Of a stretch of 64,000 nucleotides of DNA, positions 1 to 9,749 are shown one piece after another. The notes below the pieces were generated by a model that worked only from the letters and a program-made list of their open reading frames with translations, ran no database searches and was not told the DNA's origin. How positions within the stretch are numbered: position 1 is the first letter of the stretch; every line of letters begins with the position of its first letter. Where the stretch lies: NCBI GenBank assembly GCA_964579205.1, contig CAZOFH010000004.1, positions 3,172 through 67,171 on the forward strand, in the 5' to 3' direction. The DNA is from an uncultured Christensenella sp. Lineage in GTDB: Bacteria; Bacillota; Clostridia; Christensenellales; UBA1242. The translations under genes and the position numbers were made by a program.

Positions 1-13
1 CATCAAAATAACA

Positions 14-40
14 AAAAAACCTAGTTTTTCTAGGTTTTTT
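14..40 (-). terminator. Intrinsic terminator after the SPOCS gene
   Basis: AAAAAACCTAG-tttt-t-CTAGGTTTTTT hairpin flanked by A and T runs, just past the stop at 79. Confidence 0.75.
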
Positions 41-41
41 G

Positions 42-78
42 AGGTACTATGCAGGTACTATGCAAGTGCTATGCACTC
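42..78. repeat. Three 11-bp tandem units (RGTACTATGCA), dispersed family C copy 1
   Basis: ggtactatgca-ggtactatgca-agtgctatgca; related copies at 19694-19730 (inverted) and 56109-56151. Confidence 0.8.
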
Positions 79-1614
79 CTATTCCATTACTTTTTGCCTA
101 TAAATGATGACCTTTTGCGGCGCGGTAATCGGGAACTGCAGGTCGGGATTTTGCTGCATAATCATCTCCCCCGACATGAGCAAGAGTTTGCTCGCATCCC
201 ACAGAGTTTCTGCCTCAGGGATGATATAATACCCTAGTGCGACATTATTTTGATTGCGTTTTGCGCCAAGCGAAATATTACGCAAAACCTGCTCGGTCGT
301 ATTATTGATGACTGTGACATACACATTGACTTCGGCGAGCAAATCGATTTCTTTGGCGCGTTTGTTACGCGCGTCGATATCGCGAGGCTTGATATCCACG
401 CGAAGAATGGAGGTAGGCGTGACAGCATCGTTTTTGATGCTTAGGTCAAAAGGAATTTCCGCCAGCACTGACTCGACACTCCCCTCGTCATCGTCCAATT
501 TGTACACCACATCGCAGACCAATTTGCCCGACACCGCAAAACTCCCCTCTTGCGGAGCGACCGACTGAATAACGATATTCCCCGCACTCACACACAGCAC
601 TTTGTCTATTCGACGTGAGTCTTCGCCCAGATTGATATTGCCGTCGATTTTTTCGGTATTACAAAAATTGGATGCTAATTGCTGATGAAAGTCGGCGAAT
701 TCTGTCTCAAGCACATACCTAGGACAAAAAGCGTCTACCACCGCCTCTACAGACTTTGCCTGCCCGATAATCAGGTTCGCTTTTAGACGATTATCCAGCA
801 CCACCGTACCTTTTGCGCTATTGATTTCGCCATTCAATTCATACTTGGTGCCAATACTCTCTAGACTCGCATTCGCAAAATCGCTGATGACTACGCCGTT
901 CGCCAAAATCTCGTGAGTAAATTCTTGGGTATAGTGGTGATTTTTTAGTTTTGGCTCTTCGTCGCCCGTTAGATAAATCATATTGCAGTATATTTCCCCT
1001 TGCAAGACGACGAGGTCGTTACCCGCCTCCACATTTTTGAGCGAAGTGGCGGTGTCGATGCTGAGGATACTAGAAATGGACGGCGGCAAATCTAATTCTA
1101 CACTGAGGTCGAATTCTTGCGCAGTAGCCGACACAATATCGACATAATTTATCACATCGCGCCTCTGCTCTGCTATCGCGCCAGCGCTCTCGAGTATCTG
1201 ATTTTCCCTACGCAAAATGAGTATCGGCGTGGTGCCGACATTTACGGTAAATCCCACCATATTCTCTGATGCTTGGACAGTACTAATCCCTATTACTCTA
1301 GCGGTCGCCAGCATCTGAGTATCTGGACTAATATCCTTGTTTACCACTGTCACGGCATACGGCGTCGCCGCCTCTAGTGTAGCGACCGTGCCGTCAGTAT
1401 TCTGTATCAGCACGTGCGAAAAAATCTTCCCCTCTATCTGAGCGCTCCCCGAATTTTGGATAATACTCTCTACGCACGCCTTGTTTGATATTGATAGCAC
1501 GCGAGAAATATTATTGTTGCCTGCAGGCAAGTTGACCAAAACGGCGCTGACCTCCTCTCTCAAATCTTGCGAATAGTTTACGCTGAATACCTTGGTCAAT
1601 GGTTCAAATGGCAT
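79..1614 (-). CDS. SPOCS (DUF3794) repeat protein with degenerate C-terminal LysM; SipL-like spore coat morphogenetic protein
   Basis: About 510 aa of repeated beta-rich units; C-terminal YYIIPEAETLWDASK...NPDL is LysM-like; GGAGG before ATG 1614; adjacent to veg as in clostridia. Confidence 0.75.
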   Translation of the reverse strand: MPFEPLTKVFSVNYSQDLREEVSAVLVNLPAGNNNISRVLSISNKACVESIIQNSGSAQIEGKIFSHVLIQNTDGTVATLEAATPYAVTVVNKDISPDTQMLATARVIGISTVQASENMVGFTVNVGTTPILILRRENQILESAGAIAEQRRDVINYVDIVSATAQEFDLSVELDLPPSISSILSIDTATSLKNVEAGNDLVVLQGEIYCNMIYLTGDEEPKLKNHHYTQEFTHEILANGVVISDFANASLESIGTKYELNGEINSAKGTVVLDNRLKANLIIGQAKSVEAVVDAFCPRYVLETEFADFHQQLASNFCNTEKIDGNINLGEDSRRIDKVLCVSAGNIVIQSVAPQEGSFAVSGKLVCDVVYKLDDDEGSVESVLAEIPFDLSIKNDAVTPTSILRVDIKPRDIDARNKRAKEIDLLAEVNVYVTVINNTTEQVLRNISLGAKRNQNNVALGYYIIPEAETLWDASKLLLMSGEMIMQQNPDLQFPITAPQKVIIYRQKVME

Positions 1615-1678
1615 ATCGTCCTCCAAACTTGTATTGCTTTACTATATTATTTTTGTTTGGAGAATATGCACTATTCGG

Positions 1679-1990
1679 CTATTTTTTGATAGCGATTTTG
1701 ACATCGCCACACAGCACATCGCTAAAACTATAACTCAGTTTTTTTGGCACCAAGGTCGATTTTTGGGCTAAAACTGGGTTATCAGGGCGTGCAGATAATA
1801 GAGTAGAGTGCTGCATTTCTCTCACGATCCGCACCACAAAAACGCTGCTATAAATATCCTCCACGACCCCTTCATAATTTATCATTTTTTTGCGACCGAG
1901 ATTGACCTGCATTCTGATGCTTTGCCCTTTGAGTTTTTCGATTTCCTGCTTGACCAAATCGATACTTTTTGTAATTTTTCGCATTTTCAC
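1679..1990 (-). CDS. veg: Veg family protein
   Basis: NLGRKK...EGVVEDIYSSVFVV...SYSFSDVLCGDV signature. Confidence 0.9.
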   Translation of the reverse strand: MKMRKITKSIDLVKQEIEKLKGQSIRMQVNLGRKKMINYEGVVEDIYSSVFVVRIVREMQHSTLLSARPDNPVLAQKSTLVPKKLSYSFSDVLCGDVKIAIKK

Positions 1991-2118
1991 CTACTTTGCC
2001 ATAAGTTTGCCCCTTTGCTGCTGATTTTATACTTTGCAAAATTTTTATAGCCCAAGCCCCCGCCCGCTCCTAGTAAAACGAGTACAAAAACGCCCTGCCA
2101 AAAAGCAAAAACAAGCAT

Positions 2119-2147
2119 TTGACACGGGCAAGACTTTGTGTTATAAT
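2119..2147 (+). promoter_or_regulatory. sigmaA promoter
   Basis: TTGACA-17 bp-TATAAT with TG extension, upstream of GGAG and ATG 2173. Confidence 0.85.
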
Positions 2148-2172
2148 GCTCCCAAACTCAGGAGTAATTCTA

Positions 2173-2520
2173 ATGAATGTGCATTTAATGTTCAGCGTTT
2201 TGCTAGATTTAATGCGTTATGAAAAAGTCACCGCTCAGGCTTTGGCTGAAAAACTAGAACTCAGTACGCGCACGATTTATCGCTATGTCGACCACCTCAG
2301 TGCAAATGGCGTACCTGTCACCACTTGCACGGGCAGAAATGGCGGAATTTTCCTCACCCAAAAATACGATCTTCGCTCTATCTTTTTTACCACCCAAGAC
2401 CTCGACCTGCTGACCGACCTGCTACACTGCTGCGCTAGCGCGCACGCCTCTTTTCTCATTGAAAAAATCAGCGTCATTCGCGCCACATACCCGCGCAACG
2501 CCCTTTCGCGGCTAATGTAG
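2173..2520 (+). CDS. HTH_11 (YafY/YobV-type) winged-helix regulator lacking the WYL domain
   Basis: VTAQALAEKLELSTRTIYRYVDHLSANGVPV...GRNGG; only about 115 aa. Confidence 0.8.
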   Translation: MNVHLMFSVLLDLMRYEKVTAQALAEKLELSTRTIYRYVDHLSANGVPVTTCTGRNGGIFLTQKYDLRSIFFTTQDLDLLTDLLHCCASAHASFLIEKISVIRATYPRNALSRLM

Positions 2521-2596
2521 CCGTCTGTATAATTGGCGGCGCGGCGACGTTAGATTGTATAGCAACGGGCTACGTTGTTGAGTGTTATAGGAGTAA

Positions 2597-2703
2597 GGTG
2601 GCTGGGGGCGGCTTGCCGTAAGGCGCCCAGCGGGCGCCTAATGCGCCATTCGGCGCATCAGTGGGTGCGGCAGCACACACTACGGCAAGCCGCGTGTTGT
2701 GCG
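2597..2703. repeat. GC-rich multibranch palindromic repeat, family A copy 1
   Basis: 13-bp closing stem 2608-2620/2681-2693 enclosing three hairpins; inverted copy at 59832-59947. Confidence 0.85.
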
Positions 2704-2787
2704 GATGAAGAATATTTACGCACACACGACAAAAGCATCCACCCACGAGCCGCCCAAAAGAAAAAGCCGGGACTACGGCCCCACGCC

Positions 2788-3885
2788 CTACTTTTCCATA
2801 ATGGTTTTGATTTTATTCAAGTCCTGCAAAACAGCCGCATTATACTGCACCACCGACATTCTCGCCTCACGCGCGCGCGCGTTCTTTATAGTGATATTGA
2901 GTAGTTGCGCAAAGGACAGTCCCTCGTTTTTCCACAGATAAAACGCAAAACTCCCAGGGATTGTGTTGACCTCATTGAGGTATACGCGTTCGCCCACTAT
3001 CAAAAAGTCAAATCTCACCACGCCATCCATTCCTAGCGCGTCATATACCGCGGTCGCATAATTTAGAATTTTACTCATAATTTTGAGCGAAACACTCGCA
3101 GGCACTATCCTCTCTACCTCAGCCGTCTGAGAATATTTGTCCTCAAAAGAATATATCGGATGCTCGCATTTGATTTCTTCTATACTAGAGACCTTGACTC
3201 CTCCCTTGCTCCGCATCAGCGCGACATTCAACTCACGGCAATCCGACAGAGCCTCTTCGATGATGATTTTGTCGTCAAACAGCCCCGCATTATCGACCGC
3301 CCGACGCAGGGCCTCCTCATCTTGCACCCGAGCAATCCCCACACTACTCCCGCATCGAGCAGGTTTAACAATCAGCGGAAAACTCAGTTTTTTGCCCGCA
3401 CTCAAAATCAGGTCATCACTATTTTTACTCTCCCCCCAAACAAACTTTGGGGTCGGGATATTTAGGCTCTTGAATAGCAACTTTGATACGACTTTGTCCA
3501 TACCCACCGCACTAGGCAAAATCGCGGGCGAAGTGTATGGGATGCCAGCCAAGTCGAGCACCCCCTGCACCGCACCGCCCTCATACACCCCACCGTGCAG
3601 GCACAAAAGTGCGCAATCTATAGGTGTTTTGCTATATCCTAGCGCATTTTTGGTGAATAGGCAGGAGCAATTTGGTTTCAAAAAGCACTCCTTGCCTTTG
3701 GGCTCGGTGTGATAAGTTTCGGCGTCCAAGAGGTGCTTGCCGGTCAGCCACTCCCCTGCTGTATTTATGTATATCGGAACTGGATTATAGTTTAGGCTCA
3801 AGTTTTTGATTACCCCGATTGCCGTAATGATTGAAATGCTATGTTCGGGCGTCACCCCTCCGAACACCACTGCGATATTGTACAT
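2788..3885 (-). CDS. ddl: D-alanine--D-alanine ligase
   Basis: VVFGGVTPEHSIS, LHGGVYEGG, VKPARCGSSVG, NEVNTIPG motifs; GGAGG before ATG 3885. Confidence 0.93.
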   Translation of the reverse strand: MYNIAVVFGGVTPEHSISIITAIGVIKNLSLNYNPVPIYINTAGEWLTGKHLLDAETYHTEPKGKECFLKPNCSCLFTKNALGYSKTPIDCALLCLHGGVYEGGAVQGVLDLAGIPYTSPAILPSAVGMDKVVSKLLFKSLNIPTPKFVWGESKNSDDLILSAGKKLSFPLIVKPARCGSSVGIARVQDEEALRRAVDNAGLFDDKIIIEEALSDCRELNVALMRSKGGVKVSSIEEIKCEHPIYSFEDKYSQTAEVERIVPASVSLKIMSKILNYATAVYDALGMDGVVRFDFLIVGERVYLNEVNTIPGSFAFYLWKNEGLSFAQLLNITIKNARAREARMSVVQYNAAVLQDLNKIKTIMEK

Positions 3886-3943
3886 TTCCCCTCCAAAAGT
3901 TTTATAATATATATGCCGCGATTTTTGCGATTGACACAAAAAC

Positions 3944-3990
3944 AAAAAAGCGCCGAGGCGAGCCACTATATAGCGGCTCGCCTCAGCGCT
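3944..3990 (-). terminator. Intrinsic terminator of hpf
   Basis: agcgccgaggcgagcc/ggctcgcctcagcgct stem followed by a T run on the minus strand. Confidence 0.75.
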
Positions 3991-4011
3991 AGATATTTAT
4001 TCATAATCAAA

Positions 4012-4548
4012 TTATTCGTAATCAGGCTCGATGATACCGTAATCGCCCTCAAAACGCTTGTAAATAACATTGACTTTGCCGGTCTGAGCATTCAAAAACA
4101 CATAAAAACTGTGGTCTGAATTCTCGAGTTCCATAATCGCCTCAGTTTCGGTCAACGGGTAAATCACAAAATTCTTTGATTTGCTAACCTTGCACTCCTC
4201 AGGCTTAAAGTCAAATTCGTCATCATTAAAGAGCAAGCCCTTGATACTGCTAGCTTTGTGCAATTTATCTTTCAACTTGGTCGAATACTTGACGATTTGG
4301 CGCTCAACCTTTGGCAGCGCGAGGTCGATATTTTGATACATATTATCGCTAGCGACCTCACTGCGGAATAGCAAACCCTTGTCAACGATAGTCAACTCTA
4401 ATTTGTAGGTGTCTTTGATTTTACTACAAACGACTTTTGCGGTAGCGGTCTCCTCAAAATACCTATCGAGTTTGGCTACTTTCTCCTTGATAATCTCCTG
4501 CAGTTTGTCGCTAACTTGATAATTTTTTGACATTATTTTTATTTCCAT
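4012..4548 (-). CDS. hpf: Long-form ribosome hibernation promoting factor
   Basis: KNYQVSDKL...KLDRYF, LERQ-like VERQI, and C-terminal EAIMELENSDHSFYVFLNAQTGKVNVIYKR. Confidence 0.92.
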   Translation of the reverse strand: MEIKIMSKNYQVSDKLQEIIKEKVAKLDRYFEETATAKVVCSKIKDTYKLELTIVDKGLLFRSEVASDNMYQNIDLALPKVERQIVKYSTKLKDKLHKASSIKGLLFNDDEFDFKPEECKVSKSKNFVIYPLTETEAIMELENSDHSFYVFLNAQTGKVNVIYKRFEGDYGIIEPDYE

Positions 4549-4640
4549 AATTTTAGTCCTCCCAGTCATATATCATTAATTATATCAAAAAAATAAAATT
4601 TTAGCAATCAAACAACGCTAAAATTCTATTTTGTTGCCAA

Positions 4641-5849
4641 TTACATATCATTTTCGTCGACATCATCCTCTTCTGGCTCGGTAAAGCACGGCTTGATATT
4701 CACGGGCTTGTCCGTCAGACTCTTACAATAGCAGCGCCTACGCCTCATCTGTTTTGTCTCAAAGGCTTTTGTAAACAACTGCTGCACCTTGTAATTATCC
4801 TCGAGTTGCAGGTTGGTCTCAGAAAAATCGATATCACTATAATGCTTGGCTATTCTATCTAATATATGGTGGAAAATTATCGAAGTCACGCCTTTGTTTT
4901 TATACTCTTTTTTCACACCGATGAGCAGCATTTCGAGCGATTTTGGGTGATTGAGTTCTTTCAGAATTTTTATCCACCCAAAAGGCATCAACTTTCCACC
5001 ACTATCGTGCACCGACTTTGCAATGCCCGGCATCAAAATGCCCACACCGATTACGCGCCCATCATCATCGACAAGGACTGAGATGAGGTCTTTTTTTAAT
5101 ATCAACTTAAACTGCCCGACCACGCTCTCGCGGATATCTTTGGTAATAGGCACAGTGCCGTAGAGCGAACCGTACGCCTCATCCAGCACATCAAAAATCT
5201 CGTCATAATAATTTTTGATGAGCCAAGGAATGCTCTTTATCTCTAGTTCGTGTATGCCAGCGCGTTTTTCCACTGCATCGCTCAAGCGGGCAGTCCTATC
5301 ATCGCACTGCTTTGTTCGCCAAAAACGATACTCGATCCAGTCCACCTCTTTTTGATAGCCATTGTCCACAAACATCTTTTCAAAATAAGGGTAATAGTAC
5401 TGACTGTTGAGCGTAGACATTGTATCAAAGCCCTCGATGAGCAGCCCCTCGCGCTCCATATCGGTAAACCCTAACGGCCCGTGAATCTCCTCCATTCCTT
5501 GCGCCCTGCCCCAATCCTCTACAGTTTTGAACAATAATTCAGCAACCTCTGCATCATCAATACAATCAAAGCGGCTCACGCGCACGCGCTTTTCATTATT
5601 CTTTTCGTTGTACAGGTGACTGACAATTCCGCACACCCTGCCTACGATTTTGCCTGTCTCATCACGGCAAAGAAAACACTGTGCCGTCGCACCCGACCTC
5701 TGATAAGGGCTCTTTTTGGGGTCGAGGTTGAGCATCTCATCACTAAAAAATGGCGGCACAAAAAACTCGCAGCCCTTGTACAAATCCAACTGGAATTGCA
5801 CGAACTGTCGCAACTGCTTTTTTGTTTTTACTGGTTCTATAATGTACAT
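4641..5849 (-). CDS. YghO-like GNAT-fold protein
   Basis: VGRVCGI...RFDCIDD...IHGPLGFTDMEREGLLIEGF...YYYPY pattern. Confidence 0.7.
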   Translation of the reverse strand: MYIIEPVKTKKQLRQFVQFQLDLYKGCEFFVPPFFSDEMLNLDPKKSPYQRSGATAQCFLCRDETGKIVGRVCGIVSHLYNEKNNEKRVRVSRFDCIDDAEVAELLFKTVEDWGRAQGMEEIHGPLGFTDMEREGLLIEGFDTMSTLNSQYYYPYFEKMFVDNGYQKEVDWIEYRFWRTKQCDDRTARLSDAVEKRAGIHELEIKSIPWLIKNYYDEIFDVLDEAYGSLYGTVPITKDIRESVVGQFKLILKKDLISVLVDDDGRVIGVGILMPGIAKSVHDSGGKLMPFGWIKILKELNHPKSLEMLLIGVKKEYKNKGVTSIIFHHILDRIAKHYSDIDFSETNLQLEDNYKVQQLFTKAFETKQMRRRRCYCKSLTDKPVNIKPCFTEPEEDDVDENDM

Positions 5850-6023
5850 TTTATCTTCCTAAAAATAGTCTTAGCCTATTATAACAAATAAAACACAAAA
5901 ATGCACCTATTTTGAGTAAATTTTTGCAAAAATTAATAAATTATTTTTTAATTTTTATTATGAATAATATTCATAATTTTGCATAATTATTACACTCTAG
6001 TTAGGCGCATTTTGAGATTGTTT

Positions 6024-6410
6024 TTAAAATATATTGTGCCAGTCAAAGCCTATCATTTCACCAAAAGTCGTGACTACGTGATGCAAGGTATTGCACTCCA
6101 CTTTCGCCAGTTCAAAGTCACTATTACCTAGATGAGATTTGACCAAATCCGCCTGTTTGCCGATTGCCTCGATATCTCGATAATCCACAAACAAACAGAT
6201 GACCGTCTCCTTTTCTTTCCAAAAATCAATGATTTTTTGCGTTTTTTGCACACTTTGCTCGAGATTTTCGCTATCAATGAGCGTTTCGAGTGTAGCAATC
6301 TCAGTTTTGAGAGTTGCCACAGTTTGGTCGGTATACACCTGCTCAAATGTCGCCAAGCCCCCGACTACTAGTATCAGCACCAGTATTATCCAAAACTTTT
6401 TCGTCACCAT
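6024..6410 (-). CDS. DUF4363 family membrane-anchored protein
   Basis: N-terminal TM, helical body, C-terminal WHNIF; directly follows the DUF421 gene. Confidence 0.7.
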   Translation of the reverse strand: MVTKKFWIILVLILVVGGLATFEQVYTDQTVATLKTEIATLETLIDSENLEQSVQKTQKIIDFWKEKETVICLFVDYRDIEAIGKQADLVKSHLGNSDFELAKVECNTLHHVVTTFGEMIGFDWHNIF

Positions 6411-7124
6411 TTACCAATCCCCCTTGTAGTCGAGAGTTAGACTTATAATCCCCCCATCCATCGTCTCCACAAAACCCGCTCCCTCGGTGTCAATAGTGAA
6501 TAATAATACATTTTTGAGGTCGGTAATTTGGACAGAATTTAGCGCATCAAGTACAAACTTTTTGTCTACTTTTGCGATTTTGAGATTGGGAGAAACGATT
6601 TTTCCTGCAGACACCAAAATGAGTGGTAAAGTGTTTTCGGGCAGTCTAAGTTGCATATCGTCGACAGTCACATTGCTAGCCGCCTTTTTGGGAATGACCG
6701 ACATTTTGCCATTGGTTTCGATTATCGCGTACAGCACGTCTTCGACACAAAAATAATTGCAGCCGCGTATCCCCTCAAGCAAATCGTCCATCGACATATT
6801 GAGTTGCTTGAGCTCGTCAAATTGAATTCCGTCAGGCGAAATCACTATCACGGGCTTACCATTTATCAATTTTCTGAGCGTGACATTTTTTCGGGCGCAG
6901 ACGCTGACAAAAAAGTGAATGATTACCAAGGTCGTCAACGGAATAAAACTAAACGCCATCGGCATACTCGTTTGCGTCATCGGCAATGCCGCGATATCTG
7001 CGATTAGCAATGTGATAACCAATTCAAAGGGCTGCATTTCTCCCAACTGCCTTTTGCCCATAATCCGCAGATACAACAGCACGACTAGATAAATTATCAA
7101 AACTCTACATAATAATACCAACAT
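6411..7124 (-). CDS. DUF421 (YetF/YdfS) membrane protein
   Basis: RIMGKRQLGEMQPFELV and AIIETNGKMSVIPK motifs. Confidence 0.9.
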   Translation of the reverse strand: MLVLLCRVLIIYLVVLLYLRIMGKRQLGEMQPFELVITLLIADIAALPMTQTSMPMAFSFIPLTTLVIIHFFVSVCARKNVTLRKLINGKPVIVISPDGIQFDELKQLNMSMDDLLEGIRGCNYFCVEDVLYAIIETNGKMSVIPKKAASNVTVDDMQLRLPENTLPLILVSAGKIVSPNLKIAKVDKKFVLDALNSVQITDLKNVLLFTIDTEGAGFVETMDGGIISLTLDYKGDW

Positions 7125-7152
7125 ATTAGTATCATTTTTCTTTTTTCAATTT

Positions 7153-8679
7153 TTATGCAGTTTTTGTAGATTTTTTGTGCTTTTTTAGGTTAATTTTGAG
7201 CAAAACGCTGGTGACATCTACCAATTTGAATAGCCAACACAGTATCGCGAAACTACCGCACCCTGCCGCAGCACCCAATCCTAGCGCTACGACATTCGGC
7301 ATACACAGCAGCATCAACCCATACACCCATTTTGCGAGCAAACTGGCAGGAATTATAAACAAAATCATCAAAAATAGCGGTTTTAGCAGCATAAAATTGA
7401 GTTTTGTGTGCCTTTTTAGCATAAACAAGTTGAGAATTGTGGTTATCGTCATACACGCACCAAAGCCCCAAATCAGCGCATCCACCCCAAGCGCACCGCT
7501 CGCACAAACGACAAAACCAAGCAACAGTACCCCGCCCAAAATGTTGTTGACAAAACTCTTGACCTCGAGATTAAACGCATTGAGAATACTGCTAGTAATA
7601 TTACTTAGCCCTAGAGGTATCATTACCCAAGCACTTCGACTCAAGTATACACCACTACCAGCGTTATCGTACAAAAACAACCCAATCGCCTCGCCGCACC
7701 CAATGTAAAACGGGATTATCAAAGCAGAAACAAACAACGCAAATGACAGACTGGTAGTAATTCGCGACCTTACCAAACTATCATTTTTTTGCGCAATCGC
7801 AGCAGAAAGGTCTGGTATGAGCGCAAAACTCAGCGCACCAACTATGGTTGACGGCAAAAACAGCAGTGGGAAAGTCATCCCCATCGCCATACCATATGCT
7901 TCCATCGCCTGCTCGCTCGTATAACCAGCCAACACAAGCATCGCTGGGAAAAGCACCGCGATAATCGGCTGTATTAGACTGCTCGCCACCCTCACCCCCG
8001 TCACAGGGGCAGCACTTTTTATCAAAGGTTTGTAGCAGATGCGGGGCGACGCGAGCCTATTCCCCTTCCTAAAATATACAATTACCACAAAGAGCGCGCT
8101 CAACACGCACGCGACCGACATCGAAATCCCCGCAACCATCGCGCCGTCGAGTGAAGTAAAAATCCATTCCGCCATCAATGCAAAAATCGCTATTCGCAGT
8201 ACTTGCTCGATGAGTTCTGCCAAACTTACATTAAAATAATCTTGCACTCCCCACAACGCACCGCGAAACGCAGAATAGACAGCACTGCACACCACCGCTG
8301 GCAGCAGGCTAATCAGAATATAAATACACCTCGGGTCGGCAAATAGCGCCCCTATGTACTGGTAAAATAACAAAAAAATACCACATAACGCTATCGAAAT
8401 CGCCAATCCTACAATTAGAGCACTCGCGACCATAGAGCCACTCTGCTTGTTTTTGCCCTCGACATTATATTTTGCTATCGACTTTGACACAGCCAACGGA
8501 ATTCCGCTGCTCACAATTACGATTAGCACCATAAACACGCTAAAAGCGACTTGGTACACACCGAGCAATTCGGCACCCAACTCGCGAGACAAGTAAATTC
8601 TAAACAAAAAGCCCAAAAAACGCGTTAAAACTGAAAAACCAGCAATTATCAGTACTGATTGAAATAAAGTTTTTGACAC
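7153..8679 (-). CDS. SpoVB/MurJ-like MOP-family flippase
   Basis: Polytopic membrane protein; TRFLGFLFRIYLSRELGAELLGVYQ and EQVLRI motifs. Confidence 0.85.
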   Translation of the reverse strand: MSKTLFQSVLIIAGFSVLTRFLGFLFRIYLSRELGAELLGVYQVAFSVFMVLIVIVSSGIPLAVSKSIAKYNVEGKNKQSGSMVASALIVGLAISIALCGIFLLFYQYIGALFADPRCIYILISLLPAVVCSAVYSAFRGALWGVQDYFNVSLAELIEQVLRIAIFALMAEWIFTSLDGAMVAGISMSVACVLSALFVVIVYFRKGNRLASPRICYKPLIKSAAPVTGVRVASSLIQPIIAVLFPAMLVLAGYTSEQAMEAYGMAMGMTFPLLFLPSTIVGALSFALIPDLSAAIAQKNDSLVRSRITTSLSFALFVSALIIPFYIGCGEAIGLFLYDNAGSGVYLSRSAWVMIPLGLSNITSSILNAFNLEVKSFVNNILGGVLLLGFVVCASGALGVDALIWGFGACMTITTILNLFMLKRHTKLNFMLLKPLFLMILFIIPASLLAKWVYGLMLLCMPNVVALGLGAAAGCGSFAILCWLFKLVDVTSVLLKINLKKHKKSTKTA

Positions 8680-8688
8680 TTGCCCGCC

Positions 8689-9012
8689 CTACTCCTCCTC
8701 GACTAATAATTGCATTCCGACGAAAACTCGCTCAGTCACGAGATTGTTTAGCCGCATCAAATTCTCTACCGTGGTTTTATGCGCACATGCAATCATTGCC
8801 AAAGTCTGCAGCGGCTCTACCGTGATGCGCTTTTTGCCCACGCATTCCAATAACAAGACACACCCCGAATATACGCGACTGAATAGCGGGTTGCTATCTT
8901 TGATGGCTTGGACGCTTGTCCCAAACATCGCAGCAATCCCCTCGAGGCTATCCCCCTGCTCGCAGGTATACAAAATCTTGTCGACTTTTTTGTGTTCCAA
9001 TATTTTTATCAT
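8689..9012 (-). CDS. Small tandem-LysM protein
   Basis: YTCEQGDSLEGIAAMFGTSVQAIKDSN plus a second repeat, TLAMIA...LMRLNNL. Confidence 0.85.
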   Translation of the reverse strand: MIKILEHKKVDKILYTCEQGDSLEGIAAMFGTSVQAIKDSNPLFSRVYSGCVLLLECVGKKRITVEPLQTLAMIACAHKTTVENLMRLNNLVTERVFVGMQLLVEEE

Positions 9013-9080
9013 ACATTATCATATTTTTTGTGCAGCCCAAATATGACAAAAAAGCCCCCATTATCGGGGGACTTTTCTTA

Positions 9081-9617
9081 CTAAATATTAAACAAACCCA
9101 TCGGCTCAAAATGACCTTTTTTTGACCAAAACTTACCCGGAACAGACTCCAACTTTTTGTTATAAGTCGTCGCCATAGAATTATAAAATTTGCGGTTTTT
9201 ATCGATAAAATCCTGCATTTTACGCAAATTTTCGCAATTTTCCTGCTCTTCTGCAGCAAAATTTGCTTTTTTCGCCTCACATTCTAGTAGTATTTTTTCT
9301 AACAGTTTTTGCAATTTTTCCTCATTCTCTAATTGCTCTTCAATCGTAGCACTAGCCATAGCCATATTGCGCAGTTGCAACATCTGCTTAATTTCTTCGG
9401 GGTCACAGCATTTGCCACTCCCGAGAGCGAAATCAGACAACTCTTGGTACCGCGACTGGAGCGAATTATTCAACTCCACAAACGCCAAATCAGCGTTATT
9501 TTTGCTAGAAATAATCGAGTGATATGTAGCAGCATACCACCAAACCAACACTATCAAAATTAGCAACACCAGACAGCCCAAGACAATCCCCAAAACAGCA
9601 CCTATTCCCATAAGCAA
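9081..9617 (-). CDS. lemA: LemA family protein
   Basis: N-terminal TM; RKFYNSMATTYNKKLESVPG motif. Confidence 0.8.
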   Translation of the reverse strand: MLMGIGAVLGIVLGCLVLLILIVLVWWYAATYHSIISSKNNADLAFVELNNSLQSRYQELSDFALGSGKCCDPEEIKQMLQLRNMAMASATIEEQLENEEKLQKLLEKILLECEAKKANFAAEEQENCENLRKMQDFIDKNRKFYNSMATTYNKKLESVPGKFWSKKGHFEPMGLFNI

Positions 9618-9707
9618 CCCCCCTTTCTCGTTAAATTTTCTTGTTCTAAATTATAAAGTATTTTCGCAAAAATGACAAACAAATATCACGAATTTTGCAA
9701 ATTCAGC

Positions 9708-9736
9708 AAAAAAAGCCACATTTTTGTGGCTTTTTT
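9708..9736. terminator. Intrinsic terminator
   Basis: AAAAAAGCCACA-tttt-TGTGGCTTTTTT. Confidence 0.75.
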
Positions 9737-9749
9737 GCGTTTTTTTTGT

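Noticed and set aside
42-78. CRISPR array from the GTACTATGCA repeats
   Set aside because: The units are 11 bp and abut without spacers, and there are no cas genes.
2575-2941. ORFs 2575-2904, 2699-2941 and 59787-60034
   Set aside because: They arise from the GC-rich family A repeat and overlap real genes on the opposite strand.
1641-9050. sigmaE-like promoters upstream of the SPOCS, ddl and LysM genes
   Set aside because: CATA/AATA-type matches are plausible but too short and degenerate to call without a matrix scan or TSS data.
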